Of a stretch of 64,000 bases of DNA, positions 39,601 to 50,674 are shown one piece after another; position 1 is the stretch's first letter; each line of letters begins with the position of its first letter. This stretch comes from Camelus ferus (Eukaryota). The stretch is taken from NCBI RefSeq assembly GCF_009834535.1, contig NC_045697.1, positions 18,788,001 to 18,852,000 on the forward strand, in the 5' to 3' direction. The translations under genes were made by a program, and so were the position numbers. Below the pieces are notes generated by a model. That model saw only the letters and a program-made list of their open reading frames with translations, had not been told where the DNA came from and ran no database searches.

Positions 39601-40539
39601 TCCTTAAAAAAAAAAAAATCTGTCTTAGCACCGTTCACAGGCACAACAGCTTCCCATGGGGAACACCTCAGATTATATGCACTCACGCAGTCACACCCCC
39701 AGGGGAGGGAGAGATGGTTGCCAGTGCTCACACAGCCAGGTCTGGGGTAGGGATACACACAGAGTTGGAAAAAGCCCTCCAGATATTCTGGAACTCCCCC
39801 AAGAGCTTACCCCCTGCTGTGGCCAGAAAGAGAGTTCCCCAAAGCACAGGAGCGGAATAGGAGTCAGTCATGACATTTATTGAGACTCGTGGTGTACAGA
39901 GTACTGGGCAAAACACTGGAAGGGTCGACAGCTCCAGTCACTCGTCTCGTGATTATATTTTACATGCATGGGTAAGATACAGACATGAACACGTATAACC
40001 AGCATCTAGACACATGCATTCCTTACTCACTAGTACAAGTTTATTATGAGAGTTAGCTGCAATAACTGGGGCACAAGAAGCCATTGAAGCACATGGGTTA
40101 AGTAAAGATCAAAGATACATTTCAATTCTCAAGTTCAAACGTATCACCCTGGAGAGGGGTGGAAGCTACCAAAAGATACTAGAAAACACCAGGAATGTGG
40201 TGAATCTGTTTTCTTAACTCTATTGGTCACTTTATTTCAGATTTAAGTTAATAATTCAGTTTAGCATGAAATAAAGGCTTTTGACTCAACAAAGTACTAG
40301 AATAGCTTTATGTTAAAAAAAATTCTTTTAAAGCAAAATCACTCTGTGGATAGTACGATTTCCAAAGGTCAGGCACAGATTCTGAAGTTAACAGCATTTT
40401 TATTTTTCTTTTCTTTTTTTTTTTTTTTAAAGCTTCCATTACGTGAAAGACTTTCCAATAAATTTAGTGAACAGAGGCATGTTATTGCTCTATATTTGGG
40501 AAGGCTTGTTTATATCCTTACATGCTTTTAAAATTAAAG

Positions 40540-40679
40540 TAGGATTGCCAGATAAAATAGAAGATGTATTTTATTGCATGGGACATCCTCATACCAAAAA
40601 AAAAAATTATTAGTTGTTTATTTGAAAGTAGAATTTAACTGAACATCCTGTATTTTATTTGCTAAATCTGGCAACCCTA
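40540..40679. mobile_element. MER53 hAT relic
   Basis: Terminal inverted repeats taggattgccagat ... atctggcaacccta. Confidence 0.75.
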
Positions 40680-41779
40680 TTTTTAGGTTAATGTAATGTT
40701 TGGCATTTCCAGAGGTTCCCAATATTTTTGGGGGACCAAATTTTTCTTCATTTATATGCTGACACTGTCAGAGGGGAAGGCTTTTTCTTTTGGTAGAAAA
40801 ATTGTAGGTTTTGTAGGATTTACTCAAATATTGGAGACATTTTCATTTCTTACACCTTTTATCTTTCCCATTTTAGCAGTGCACATTTTAGTTGGTTGAA
40901 TTTTTCCCTTGAAATTTTTGACTGAGATGACTGGTTATAAACAGTAAAAGTAGATTGCAATCTTAGGAACAAAAAAACCTAACATCTGGCTTGAAAATCC
41001 CCTATAATAAATGGTCACATCTTCAATAATTTCTTCTCTGTTAGCACATGGCTCTTCCACCGCTCCCCCCACCAAAAAAACCCCACAAATGGTGACACTT
41101 GCATCTTGTTAAATTATACAACATCCTTTCCCCTCTTCATGATCATTTCTTGCCACTATTCCGCCCCTTCCCCCTTCCATATGGATATGTTTGAGAATTG
41201 AAATCACCAGCACTTGTGCTTAACAAAGAATATCAGTCAGGCATGGATCAATGGGTGGTTGTGGACACATGAAAACAGGAAAAAGAAAAGCTCATTTCCC
41301 AGACACTTGGAGGCATGAAAACTATGAAAGAGACAGAGACAGAGACAGACAGAGATGGAGAGACAGAGAGAGAAGGGGGCGCTGGTAGACTGGACTGACA
41401 CATTCTATTCTAGAAATGCACTTCCTGGTATCTAAATGCACAGCTCATGTCTTATTTTAAATTGAGATTTCTACATTGGATGAGAGAGATTTCAACACTA
41501 ATTCTGCAAAGAAAAAAAGTTCACATGAAATTCCAACTGTTGTAGAGGAATGTGGAATGATAACACTTTGTGAATTCCAACCTCCATTCACTGTTCTTTT
41601 TTCTTTTTTGAAGCACACCAAAGAGTATACTTACATGGAAAGAACATACTTCTTTGTTCGTTTTACACATAACCATAAAATTATGACAATTATTAACAAA
41701 CACACAGATTGTATTTAAAAGGCATAGACAAAGTTGACATTCAAAAGCTATTTGTTAATTGAGTCCAAGTATGCCAGTT

Positions 41780-41785
41780 TTTATT
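41780..41785 (-). terminator. Candidate CCKAR poly(A) signal (AATAAA on minus strand)
   Basis: The first canonical minus-strand AATAAA I found downstream of the stop, about 940 nt away. Its use is unverified. Confidence 0.35.
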
Positions 41786-42725
41786 CTGGCCCGATTCCAC
41801 GTGTTTCCATCTTGGCCAGGTACACCTAAGCTACACTTCTCCTTTGTACCTGGAGGCCTTTCCAGAAAAGATGGTAAGTGTAAGAAATTAAGTTGCAGCA
41901 AAGAAGCCATGGGCTATAATATCACCATATAAAGGTGGAGTTAAGTAATATATATTATTAAAATAAGAAAAACTTTTCTATGCCCCTTCTGGCATTTAAC
42001 ATTCCTTGTGCTAAGACAGCATTCCTTCTAGCTACTTGCTATATACCTTTTTGTTTTTCAGAACTATAAGTTCCAAATTCCATCTTTGAGATGATGTTCC
42101 GTATGCTCTTCTGATGACAACATAAACTTGTGTTTCTGAATGTCCTTGACCGACCTCAAGGAGAACAAGCCAGGTTCTTCTCTTTCTACAGAAAATGGCC
42201 AGAAGAGGGTTTGCCTCCTGTTCCTGTTTGTGGTCCTGACAAGGTGGGTGGTTACCAAATGTACAGGAGAGTGATGTACTCCCCAGGGGCAAAGCAGCCT
42301 CCACAATTCTGCATCCACAGAAGTAGCAGAGCACAGAAACTTGTCTCTGTGGGGAATGAGAGCCCATTTTGGATGTGCCAGAACCTTCTAAAGCTCAGTA
42401 GGGTCCACATCCCCCTTTGAACACGTGCTTGGCAATTACACCAGCAGCAGCAGGAGCCCTGCTGGACGCCTGTTACTGGCCTGCTGAGGTTTTTCTGATG
42501 GTGAATGTTATTGAAAATGTCCTGCCAGGAACTAAGTCTTCCCCTGGAACCCGGATGAAGGATGCCAAGTGGACTTGTCTTGTTAAGTTGTTCCCGCTGG
42601 GAATGGTGCCTTCCTTCTCCTTCACTTCCTGCCTCCTCCTCCTCCGGCTTTCTTCTTTTCCTCCTTCTCTGCTTTCACCCTCAGCCCCCCGTTCCATCCT
42701 TCCGCCCTGGCTGCCGGGGCGCAGC

Positions 42726-43270
42726 TCACGGGGGCGGGGCAGAGGCGCTCGCGTGGCCGTGGCCGTGGCCGTACGAGCACCTGGACAGAGAGGCCCGCGT
42801 GGTCCTGCTTTCCGCCTCCTCCCCCGCGTCGCCTCTCGCTCCTGGAGGACTGGGGTTGGGGCAGCAGGGGAAGGTGGCCATGAAGCCGAGGCGGAACCGT
42901 TTGTTCATGAAGCAGTAGATGATGGGGTTGACGCAGGAGGAGGTGTAGGAGAGTAGGAGGATGAAGGAGATGGGGGTCCCGGAGAGGCGGCGCTCGGCCG
43001 AGGCGGTGTCGTAGGCCCGCCAGGCGTTGGCGCTGAAGATGGGCATCCAGCACAGGAAGAAGAGAACCACGATGACCATGAGCATGCGGATCACGCGCTT
43101 CTTGGCCATCAGGTTGGCGGCGGGGCTGCTGCTCCTGATGCGGCCGACCCTGCCGCCGCTGCTGGTGGACAGCTGCTGCAGCTCCAGCTTCCTCGGGCGC
43201 TTCGACTTCTGCAGGTAACAGCCGTCGCTGTCCTCGTATCTGCTGCTGCTGTCGGCGCTCGGCTTCCTTT
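42726..43270 (-). CDS. CCKAR: CCKAR coding exon 5 (545 nt): ICL3, TM6, TM7, C-tail
   Basis: Acceptor cccAG at 43272-71. Translates (E)RKPS...AKKRVIRMLMVIVVLFFLCWMPIFSANAWRAYD...YTSSCVNPIIYCFMNKRFRLGFMATFPCC...APPP*, including the CWxP and NPxxY motifs and the palmitoylation CC. Confidence 0.98.
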
Positions 43271-44220
43271 CTGGGTGGGCGAGCGACATCGCTTAGTTTT
43301 CGGGATGGGTCACGTCAGGCAGAAGGCATGGAACCCCTGCCGCCTCCATCAGGGAGCCGGACCAAATGTGAACTGCAGACCTGGGTGGGCAGCTTGGGAC
43401 GCACTGATGGGGACTCACTACACGAGTCCCTTCCTGCAACTCAACACCTGCTTAAAACTAATAAAATGATGTATAGTATATGATGGACATAATACAACTT
43501 ATAATGGTAAAATAATAGTTTATGTATGTAGGTTATAAGGATTAAAATTTATCAAAGAATGAATATTTACGCTCCTCCTCCTTTCTCCAGCTTTTCAAGG
43601 GGGAGTTTCCTGTTCACTTGGTAGATCTCCAGACTGTTTTTACTGTGAAGACTCTGGATAACGAGCAAAAATCAACAGCAACCAAAGAAGACCTAAGAAG
43701 ACCTGTAAGTTGTATACTTGAAAAAGGACTGAGGAAAGGGATGGAGTGAGAAGGGGGTGGATTTATGCCAACAAAGGTGTCGTGTAGGTTTCAGGGGAGG
43801 GTGGCTTGTAACTGGTGGGGAGAGATGGGGTCTTTGTGGCAGGTGCAGCGTGAGTGAAGGGGAGGAGAGAGTCTGGGGGCTGCAGTTACAATTTGCTTTG
43901 GTTGCTGAAGGGGGTCCATTTGGATGCAACATCACAGAATGCCTGGGACCCATGGGCTCTCAGCTTGTAATTGGCCGATGTGTGCATTACCTCATTTTAT
44001 CCCACTCAGAACCCTTTTGAGAGGAATAATTTTCCCATCTGACAGATGAGGAAATAGAGACACTGGGTCTCATGACTGTATCTTATGACCCAGGGCCTCC
44101 TAAGAATACCTTGTAAAGTCTTGAATATACTCTGTGCACACTCTGGGTCTATCTATTTAAGTTACAGAGAACAAGCTGTGGTAATCTTTTGGCATAAACA
44201 TGAAGCTAAAAGATAGTTAC

Positions 44221-44348
44221 CTCTAGCAGACTTCTTCTGGCTAGCATCAAATTTTATTCCTTGGTAAAGTTCCAAAGAGATTAGTCCATATGCCACCATC
44301 ATCACAATTCCAGGAATCAGAAAGAGGATGAGTAACAGGAACGTGTGC
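44221..44348 (-). CDS. CCKAR: CCKAR coding exon 4 (128 nt): TM5
   Basis: Acceptor ttttattAG, donor GTaac at 44220. Translates (W)HTFLLLILFLIPGIVMMVAYGLISLELYQGIKFDASQKKSAR(E). Confidence 0.98.
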
Positions 44349-44619
44349 CTAATAAAATAAAAAGCAATCCAATAACCAGCAGCTCCAGTATTTGGGATGG
44401 AATAAATAGAGTTCATCTCCATCTTAACGGGTCTGAGCAAACACATTAATTACGAGTATTTAATAGCCTTGGAAATTCCATGTCTGGAGGCTCAGTCATT
44501 AGACGCTGTTTACTTCTTTTCTTTCTTTCAGATGAATTCTCTTACGAGGGGCTAGTTAAATTGGGAAACTTTGGTGTAAGTCTGTGCCTGAAACAAGTCT
44601 ACATTTAAATCTAATGAGA

Positions 44620-44826
44620 CGGTGAGGGTACAGCTCAGTGGTAGAGCTTATGCTTAGCATGCACGAGGTCCTGGGTTCATTTCTCAGTACCTCCATTTAA
44701 ATAAATAAATAAATAAACCTAAGTACCACTTTAAACAAACAAACAAACAAACAAAAAAAAAAACAAAACAGGAAAAAAAAAAACCAGAAAGCAAAACAAA
44801 AAAAATCTTAAAAAAACCCCAAAAAA
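44620..44826 (+). mobile_element. vic-1-type SINE with long compound A-tail, in CCKAR intron 3
   Basis: ggtgagggtacagctcagtggtagagcttatgcttagcatgcacgaggtcctgggttca...gtacctcca. TSD ctaatgaga at 44611-19 and 44827-35. Confidence 0.9.
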
Positions 44827-44893
44827 CTAATGAGAGCTTAAGAAAACCCAAACCAATGAGAGTATGTGAATATCTCAATAAAGGTGTTACCAA

Positions 44894-44959
<66 letters not shown>
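44894..44959. repeat. (AAT)~22 microsatellite in CCKAR intron 3
   Basis: Uninterrupted aataataat run. Confidence 0.95.
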
Positions 44960-46401
44960 TAATGAGCTTACATTCATTGATGACATTAAATGTCAATATA
45001 GTATATATATATATTACTACATTTAATTCACATAACAACTTCTGAGATAGGTACTATTAACATAATACCCACTTTATGGATGAAGAAACTGAGACTTAAA
45101 GAGATTAAATTATTTGTCCAAAGCCACATAGCTGGTAGCAAAGGTGGGATTTGAACTCAAGCAATATGACTCTAGAACTTATGTTCTTAAGCATCATAAT
45201 ATATCATTTGTTGATTTTATAAAACAGAATCATCAAATGTGTAGGTAGCAGTGATGGAAACCCTCCTTGGTTTTGCAAAATAAGGCATTCTGGCTGTTCT
45301 GACCCATTGGCACAGTAGTAAGCTCATTCTAGTGTCTGGCGGGCCAGAGCTATGCTTTCTCTAAACATAGTTGATTCCTGAAGAATTGCAGCCTCCTTCT
45401 TTATGAGTTTGGCCCCTAAATCACTTTTGCAGTCTGGTATGTGTAAGGTTACACGATTAGGCCATAAAATTGTCAGAGGCTCACAGTGGCTGAGCCATTT
45501 CTCATTTCAATAGGACATGTTTTGATAAGATTTCTTTTCAAGTCTTGGAAATGTCCCTCATTTGCAACATAATTCTTTTTGTGTGTTACTTGGTTGAGAT
45601 GAAAAAAAAAAAAGGCAAATAACGCAGAGATTATCTCCTTTTTTGAGCCATTTTGGAATGTCTTGCTCCCTGCTTCTAAAACATGATTAGAAGCAGTAAA
45701 CATAATGCCCTGCATTTGTGTAGCCTTTTTAAAGTTGTTTAATGAATTTTCATAAACATACTCTCATTTGTCTCTTACATCCATCTATAAGAGGTAGATT
45801 TAAAAAATATGTCTGTCATTAAATCCTTTTGTACACACAGAACTTGAATATCGGGGAGGTTGTGTGACCTTGTGGAACATCACCCACTAGTGGGTATAGA
45901 AACAGATATGAGAACTTTGCCTTTTTATTTCTCATAAAGTGGTCTGTGTGAGTTCCATAGCTACAGCTCTGAGAAAGACCACATGGGATTTGAAACTCAC
46001 CTTCAGCTCCGTCTCCAATTCCTGGAAAATTATAATACTTTAAGTATAGCCAAAACCCCACTAGATCATCCAGAAGCACACAGCAGCTCTGTCATCTCTT
46101 CCAGGTTTGGGACCTTGAACAGCATGCTCAACCTCTCCCTGTCTCAGTTTCCTCATCTGTAAAATGGGGACAATAGTAGTACTTACCCTATAGGGTTTTG
46201 AGAGGATTGATTGAATGAATATATGTATGGCATTTAAGTGTTTGCTATCACTATTATCCCAGAAAGAGGTTAGAATGATTCTTCTCAAAAAGTCTCCAGG
46301 AAACTGATCCTCCAGACACTCTGGACAATACATTCCAGTTTTTATCAACGCTGTACAATTATATCAAGTTGTAGGAAACAGATAAACCCGTACAGCCTTA
46401 C

Positions 46402-46663
46402 CAGGACTGTTGCATAGCATCGTTTGGCAGTAGAAAGCGGCACATATTCGCGGTCTGGTTGTTATTTTTGGTAAAAGGCACCAAGTTGCTATAAATTGGG
46501 TACGGCATCATGATGGTGAAGGAGAGGCACCAGGTAGCAGCAATCACCTTCAAAGCGTGGGATTTTGTCTGCCAGACTCGGGACTGTAAGGGTTTGCAAA
46601 TTGCACCATATCTCTCCAGCGATATGGCCACCAGATTAAAGGTGGATACACTCACAGAGGTGC
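46402..46663 (-). CDS. CCKAR: CCKAR coding exon 3 (262 nt): TM3 (ERY), TM4, ECL2
   Basis: Acceptor tttcccAG at 46665-64, donor GTaagg at 46401. Translates (G)TSVSVSTFNLVAISLERYGAICKPLQSRVWQTKSHALKVIAATWCLSFTIMMPYPIYSNLVPFTKNNNQTANMCRFLLPNDAMQQS(W). Confidence 0.98.
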
Positions 46664-47483
46664 CTGGGAAAGGAACAAACAAGCTGGTTACGTAGGCTCT
46701 AAGCCAACGTTTATTTGCACATTAGCTTAAGCATACCTGATCTACACAGGCTTGATGGATATCAAAGGAAAACGTTGAGAAGGTAAAGAAATACTGTGTA
46801 TGTATATTTTTAAAAAATGATTTATTCCCAGCTTTGTTCCAAAAAGGACTTGAGGTGGTTAAAGAAATGTATTTGCAAATACATTTTATTGCCAATTTTT
46901 AGATAAGTTTATTGAACTTTGATTACAACCTAACTTCTTCTGAGGCTGAGGGTGCTCATTAATTAATAACCAAGCAGATGAAATATGTTTCTGTCCCACA
47001 CAAGAGGTTTCTGAGTAACCTGCAGAGTATCTTTAATTCTGAGCATGATCTGCATAGTTAAGTTGACCTTTCAACCCAATATTCTCAAGGACTGTGAGCC
47101 GAAAGTTCACTGCGGTCTGAGCTGGGAGGATTAAATCTCTTCCTGAAAATTTCTACTACAGAATATTTTTAAGAGTGAAACATTCTAAACTCAAAATGGA
47201 GTGTTGAAAAAAAATAGTTAAAAAAGGATGAAAATCCTGTATTGTAACTAAAGTTTTCTCTGGGTGGGAAAACTAGTGTCTTCCTTCTCATTGTCTTTGC
47301 TTTTCTGTATTTTGTAAAAGGAACATGCGTCATCAGTGAGAAAGACATCAAAACGCCTCATTTAAAATGACATACTTATACCGAGTCAAAAAAGCTTAAT
47401 TGTCTTTAATTTTTGTGTTTTGCGTGTGGATCCTCATTATAATTTCTTATCCCTTTAAAACTCCCATTAATTCTTCTTCCGTG

Positions 47484-47540
47484 AATTCTTACCATGCATG
47501 ATTTAATTCTTACCATTCATGATTATCTCTTACCATGATT
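47484..47540. repeat. Degenerate 21-bp tandem repeat (~2.7 copies)
   Basis: aattcttaccatgcatgattt / aattcttaccattcatgatta / tctcttaccatgatt. Confidence 0.8.
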
Positions 47541-49056
47541 TCTTAAATCTTGGAATTAAACTAAGTCTGGGAGGAGAAATTCGTAGGCTGGGGTCTTTTG
47601 TGAAAGTATGTATAAAAATGTTCTTTTTCTAGGGAGAATAACCTTTGTATTCCTTAGAGACTTACAGGAATCTATAACCCCAAAACCATTAAATAAGTAC
47701 TCAGGTTTGAGGGCAGGATTTGCTGTGTTTTCTAGGGCTTGACCCTAAGGAGTTCATGACGTTTAAATTAGAGAGGACAGCCCCAAACTCCTCAGAGTCA
47801 AGTCTGTATAATGGGTCCACTGTAATTTAAGCTCACCACCAGACAGGCACTCTTTTTTTTTTTGTCAATGTATTAGGAGTTTAGTGAATGTTGACTATTG
47901 AAATAGTCTTGGGGAGAACACAGAACCGAGGGAAGAATTGAAATCACTAGAATCAGATATCCAACCAAATCATTACAATATTGCACCCACTTTCAGAATT
48001 ATCTTGCTTTTAATTTTCTAGAAGTTTTTAGGAAGAGTTTTAATGCCCCCAGCTGAGACCCCAACTATTTTAAAAACACTTTTTTATTGAAGTGAAATTC
48101 ACATTACATAAAATTCATCATTTAAAAGTGAACAGTTCCATGGCATTTAGCACATTCACAATGTTATGCAACTACACATGCCCTCATTTTAAATCTCCTA
48201 TCACAAACCCTGATTAAGATTATTCAATATTATTATAAGATACCTATATGGACAGGCCTTGAAAACCTAAAGCACCATGAGATGCTAGTTATTACGATTG
48301 TATCATCATTTAACAATGATCCTTTTCATTGGTGAGTCCATTTTTATTTTGGAGGACTTGGACACAGATTGACACTTTCTTGGTTATTTGTCCGTGGCAG
48401 GCAGATCAGTAATTCATCATCATCTTGTCAGTGCTGAGTCTTGATTCCTCAACTGGGAGAAATAAAGGCTTTTAAAGTTTTCCGGTCATTGAAGACCGCC
48501 TCAGCCCAACTCAGCTCTGCAGATTTTGCTAGTCTTCGATCAGAACAAAAACCAACTCCTCTCTCATTTGCCACCTGGCCTCCTCCTCCCCTAGCTAGTT
48601 CTCAGAACAGGCAAAGGACAAGGCATTTTAGCCAACTGAGGGGACTAAGAGACATGTCTTGTTTTTGCTTCAGGAGAGTCACGGTAGTTGGCAGACGGGG
48701 GCAGTGTACTCACTCACCACTGTGGTGTCTGCCAATCTGGGTTCAAGTCTCAGCTCTGTGGCTTACCACCTGTGTGTCCTTGGGTACATTATTAACCTCT
48801 CTGTGCCTCTGTTTCTTCCTCAGTGAATATACTTCATAGGATGGTGGGGAGATAAAATATGATCATGGAAGTGAAAACTGAAGGCAATTAGTAGAACATC
48901 TGGTGCTCAAAATAAAAAAGTACTCTTGTGATTTTTATTATCGTCATCATCATTTCGATTGGCAAAGGCAGAGAGCTGCATATCTCAGCCAGTCAGGGTC
49001 AGTTCAGTGACCCACAGACCCCAGAAGAAAATTCAATTCCTCATCTAGTGGCAAAG

Positions 49057-49057
<1 letters not shown>

Positions 49058-49091
<34 letters not shown>
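49058..49091. repeat. (TCTG)n microsatellite in CCKAR intron 2
   Basis: tctgtctgtctg run of about 8 units. Confidence 0.9.
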
Positions 49092-49096
<5 letters not shown>

Positions 49097-49625
49097 GCCT
49101 GAGATGGTCCCAGCCCCTGGGAAAACACACTGGGAAGTGAATCCTAAGAAGGGAGTCTAGACCTCTGATGAGACTGGTTTTCAAATAGCCCCTGTTCCCT
49201 AGGAAAGCCAGAGCAACAGCAGAAAGAGCCTTCTTCCATCACCCTCGCCACCCTGCATGCCATGCCTTGGGTTGGGTGGAGCTCAGAGTACAATCAACTT
49301 CCAGGAAGGGACGGAGAAGCTTAAATCTGTCTTTCTTTCTAACAGAAGCAAGCAAAGCAACATCTTTTGTACATCTTAACCAACTTATTCCACTTTGAGA
49401 AACTGACCTTTAAAACTGGGGTCTGACTTCTGAGGAGTTATGAGGACTGACCCCCCCATAAAGCCAGATCCTGTGTTCTTGCACATAGCCAGCCCCACAA
49501 AGCCAGATGTTTGGTTTTTTACACTCCACAGGGCTTCTCTGTTAAGGCTGTCAGGGGTTTGGGAAGGTCTGGGGCTGAGTGGGGTCTGGGCTGAGCTCCA
49601 GGAATAGTCACCAGCCGCAACTCAC

Positions 49626-49877
49626 CCATGAAGTAGGTGGTGGTCTTGCAGACGGCGCTCCCGAAGATGAAATCCTTGAGCAGGTTGGGGATGAGGTTGA
49701 ATGGCATGCAGAAGAGGCAGAGCATGAGGTCGCTGACAGCCAGGGAGAGCAGGAAGATGTTGGTGACTGTTCTCATCCTCTTGTTGCGAATCAGCACCGT
49801 AATGACCAGCGTGTTTCCCAGCACGCTGAGCAGGAATATTAGGGAGTACAGCAGAATCTGCACGGCCGGCTGCCACT
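49626..49877 (-). CDS. CCKAR: CCKAR coding exon 2 (252 nt): TM1, TM2, start of TM3
   Basis: Acceptor ccctgcAG, donor GTgag at 49625. Translates (E)WQPAVQILLYSLIFLLSVLGNTLVITVLIRNKRMRTVTNIFLLSLAVSDLMLCLFCMPFNLIPNLLKDFIFGSAVCKTTTYFM(G). Confidence 0.98.
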
Positions 49878-50562
49878 CTGCAGGGAGCAACAGGGACGAG
49901 ATGGAGGGACGGAGGTGATGAGAGCAGAACGCTAAAAACTTAGCCCACCAAGTGAACAGGGATTTCCTGCTGTTTTTTTTTTTTTTTCCAGGGGTGGACA
50001 TCATCGAACCCAGCTCTCCCTGTACTTACAATATTTTGCAGAAACAAAGTGAGGAGAGTGCAGAGCCATTCAGTTGCCTCTAAAAGGTTAGTCTGTTAAA
50101 GGATCACTCGGGGAACCCCTTTTTCTTAAGAACAAAGCTCCTCTAGTGAATAGGGGGCTGCTTTCTTTTCTAGCTGCTAAGCATTATTTCGCTTTAATCA
50201 CTTTTTCACACTGATTTCCCCCAAGAAAAGGCGACAGCTCGATTGTGACAGCACCTTTTCTCTGCTGCTTGTAAGTTCAGGCTCCGACACTTGTACTCCC
50301 TTCTGGCTACACTTCAGCACCTCCTCCCACTGCTCTTGTGCCCCCAAGTCCTCTACGTGAAGCCCAGCTCTTCCATGGGGAACAATAAGACGATTGGACT
50401 CAATTCTGCTTTTTGATCTCTTACCCAAACTTCTGAACAGATGACTATATCCAGCCTGTCTCACGAAGACGTTGTTATATTCTCTCAATCAGCCTTGCCT
50501 TTGCTGATTTCTTCCCCCAACTTCATAGTTTTCCGAATTAAATAACAGACTCTGACACCTAC

Positions 50563-50674
50563 CTTTGGAAGGACGGGGCTGATCCAAGCAGAAAAGCGTC
50601 TCATTTTCGATCCCCAGTTCACAGGGGGGAGCGATGTTGCTGCCATTCACAAGAAGGCTGTCGACCACATCCAT
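50563..50674 (-). CDS. CCKAR: CCKAR (cholecystokinin A receptor) coding exon 1 (112 nt from the canonical ATG)
   Basis: aggATGg Kozak context. Translates MDVVDSLLVNGSNIAPPCELGIENETLFCLDQPRPSK(E), donor GTaggt at 50562. The five exons total 1299 nt (432 aa plus stop). Confidence 0.98.

Noticed and set aside
16000..41700. Numerous 60-140 aa intergenic ORFs in the ORF track
   Set aside because: No recognisable domains, many non-ATG starts, overlap with repeats, and no consistent splice structure.
42417..42956. 179-aa plus-strand ORF and other ORFs overlapping CCKAR exon 5
   Set aside because: Antisense or alternative-frame shadows of a very GC-rich exon, with low-complexity translations and no independent gene structure.
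44684..45038. Poly-Ile and poly-Tyr ORFs
   Set aside because: These are translations of the (AAT)n microsatellite and SINE tail.
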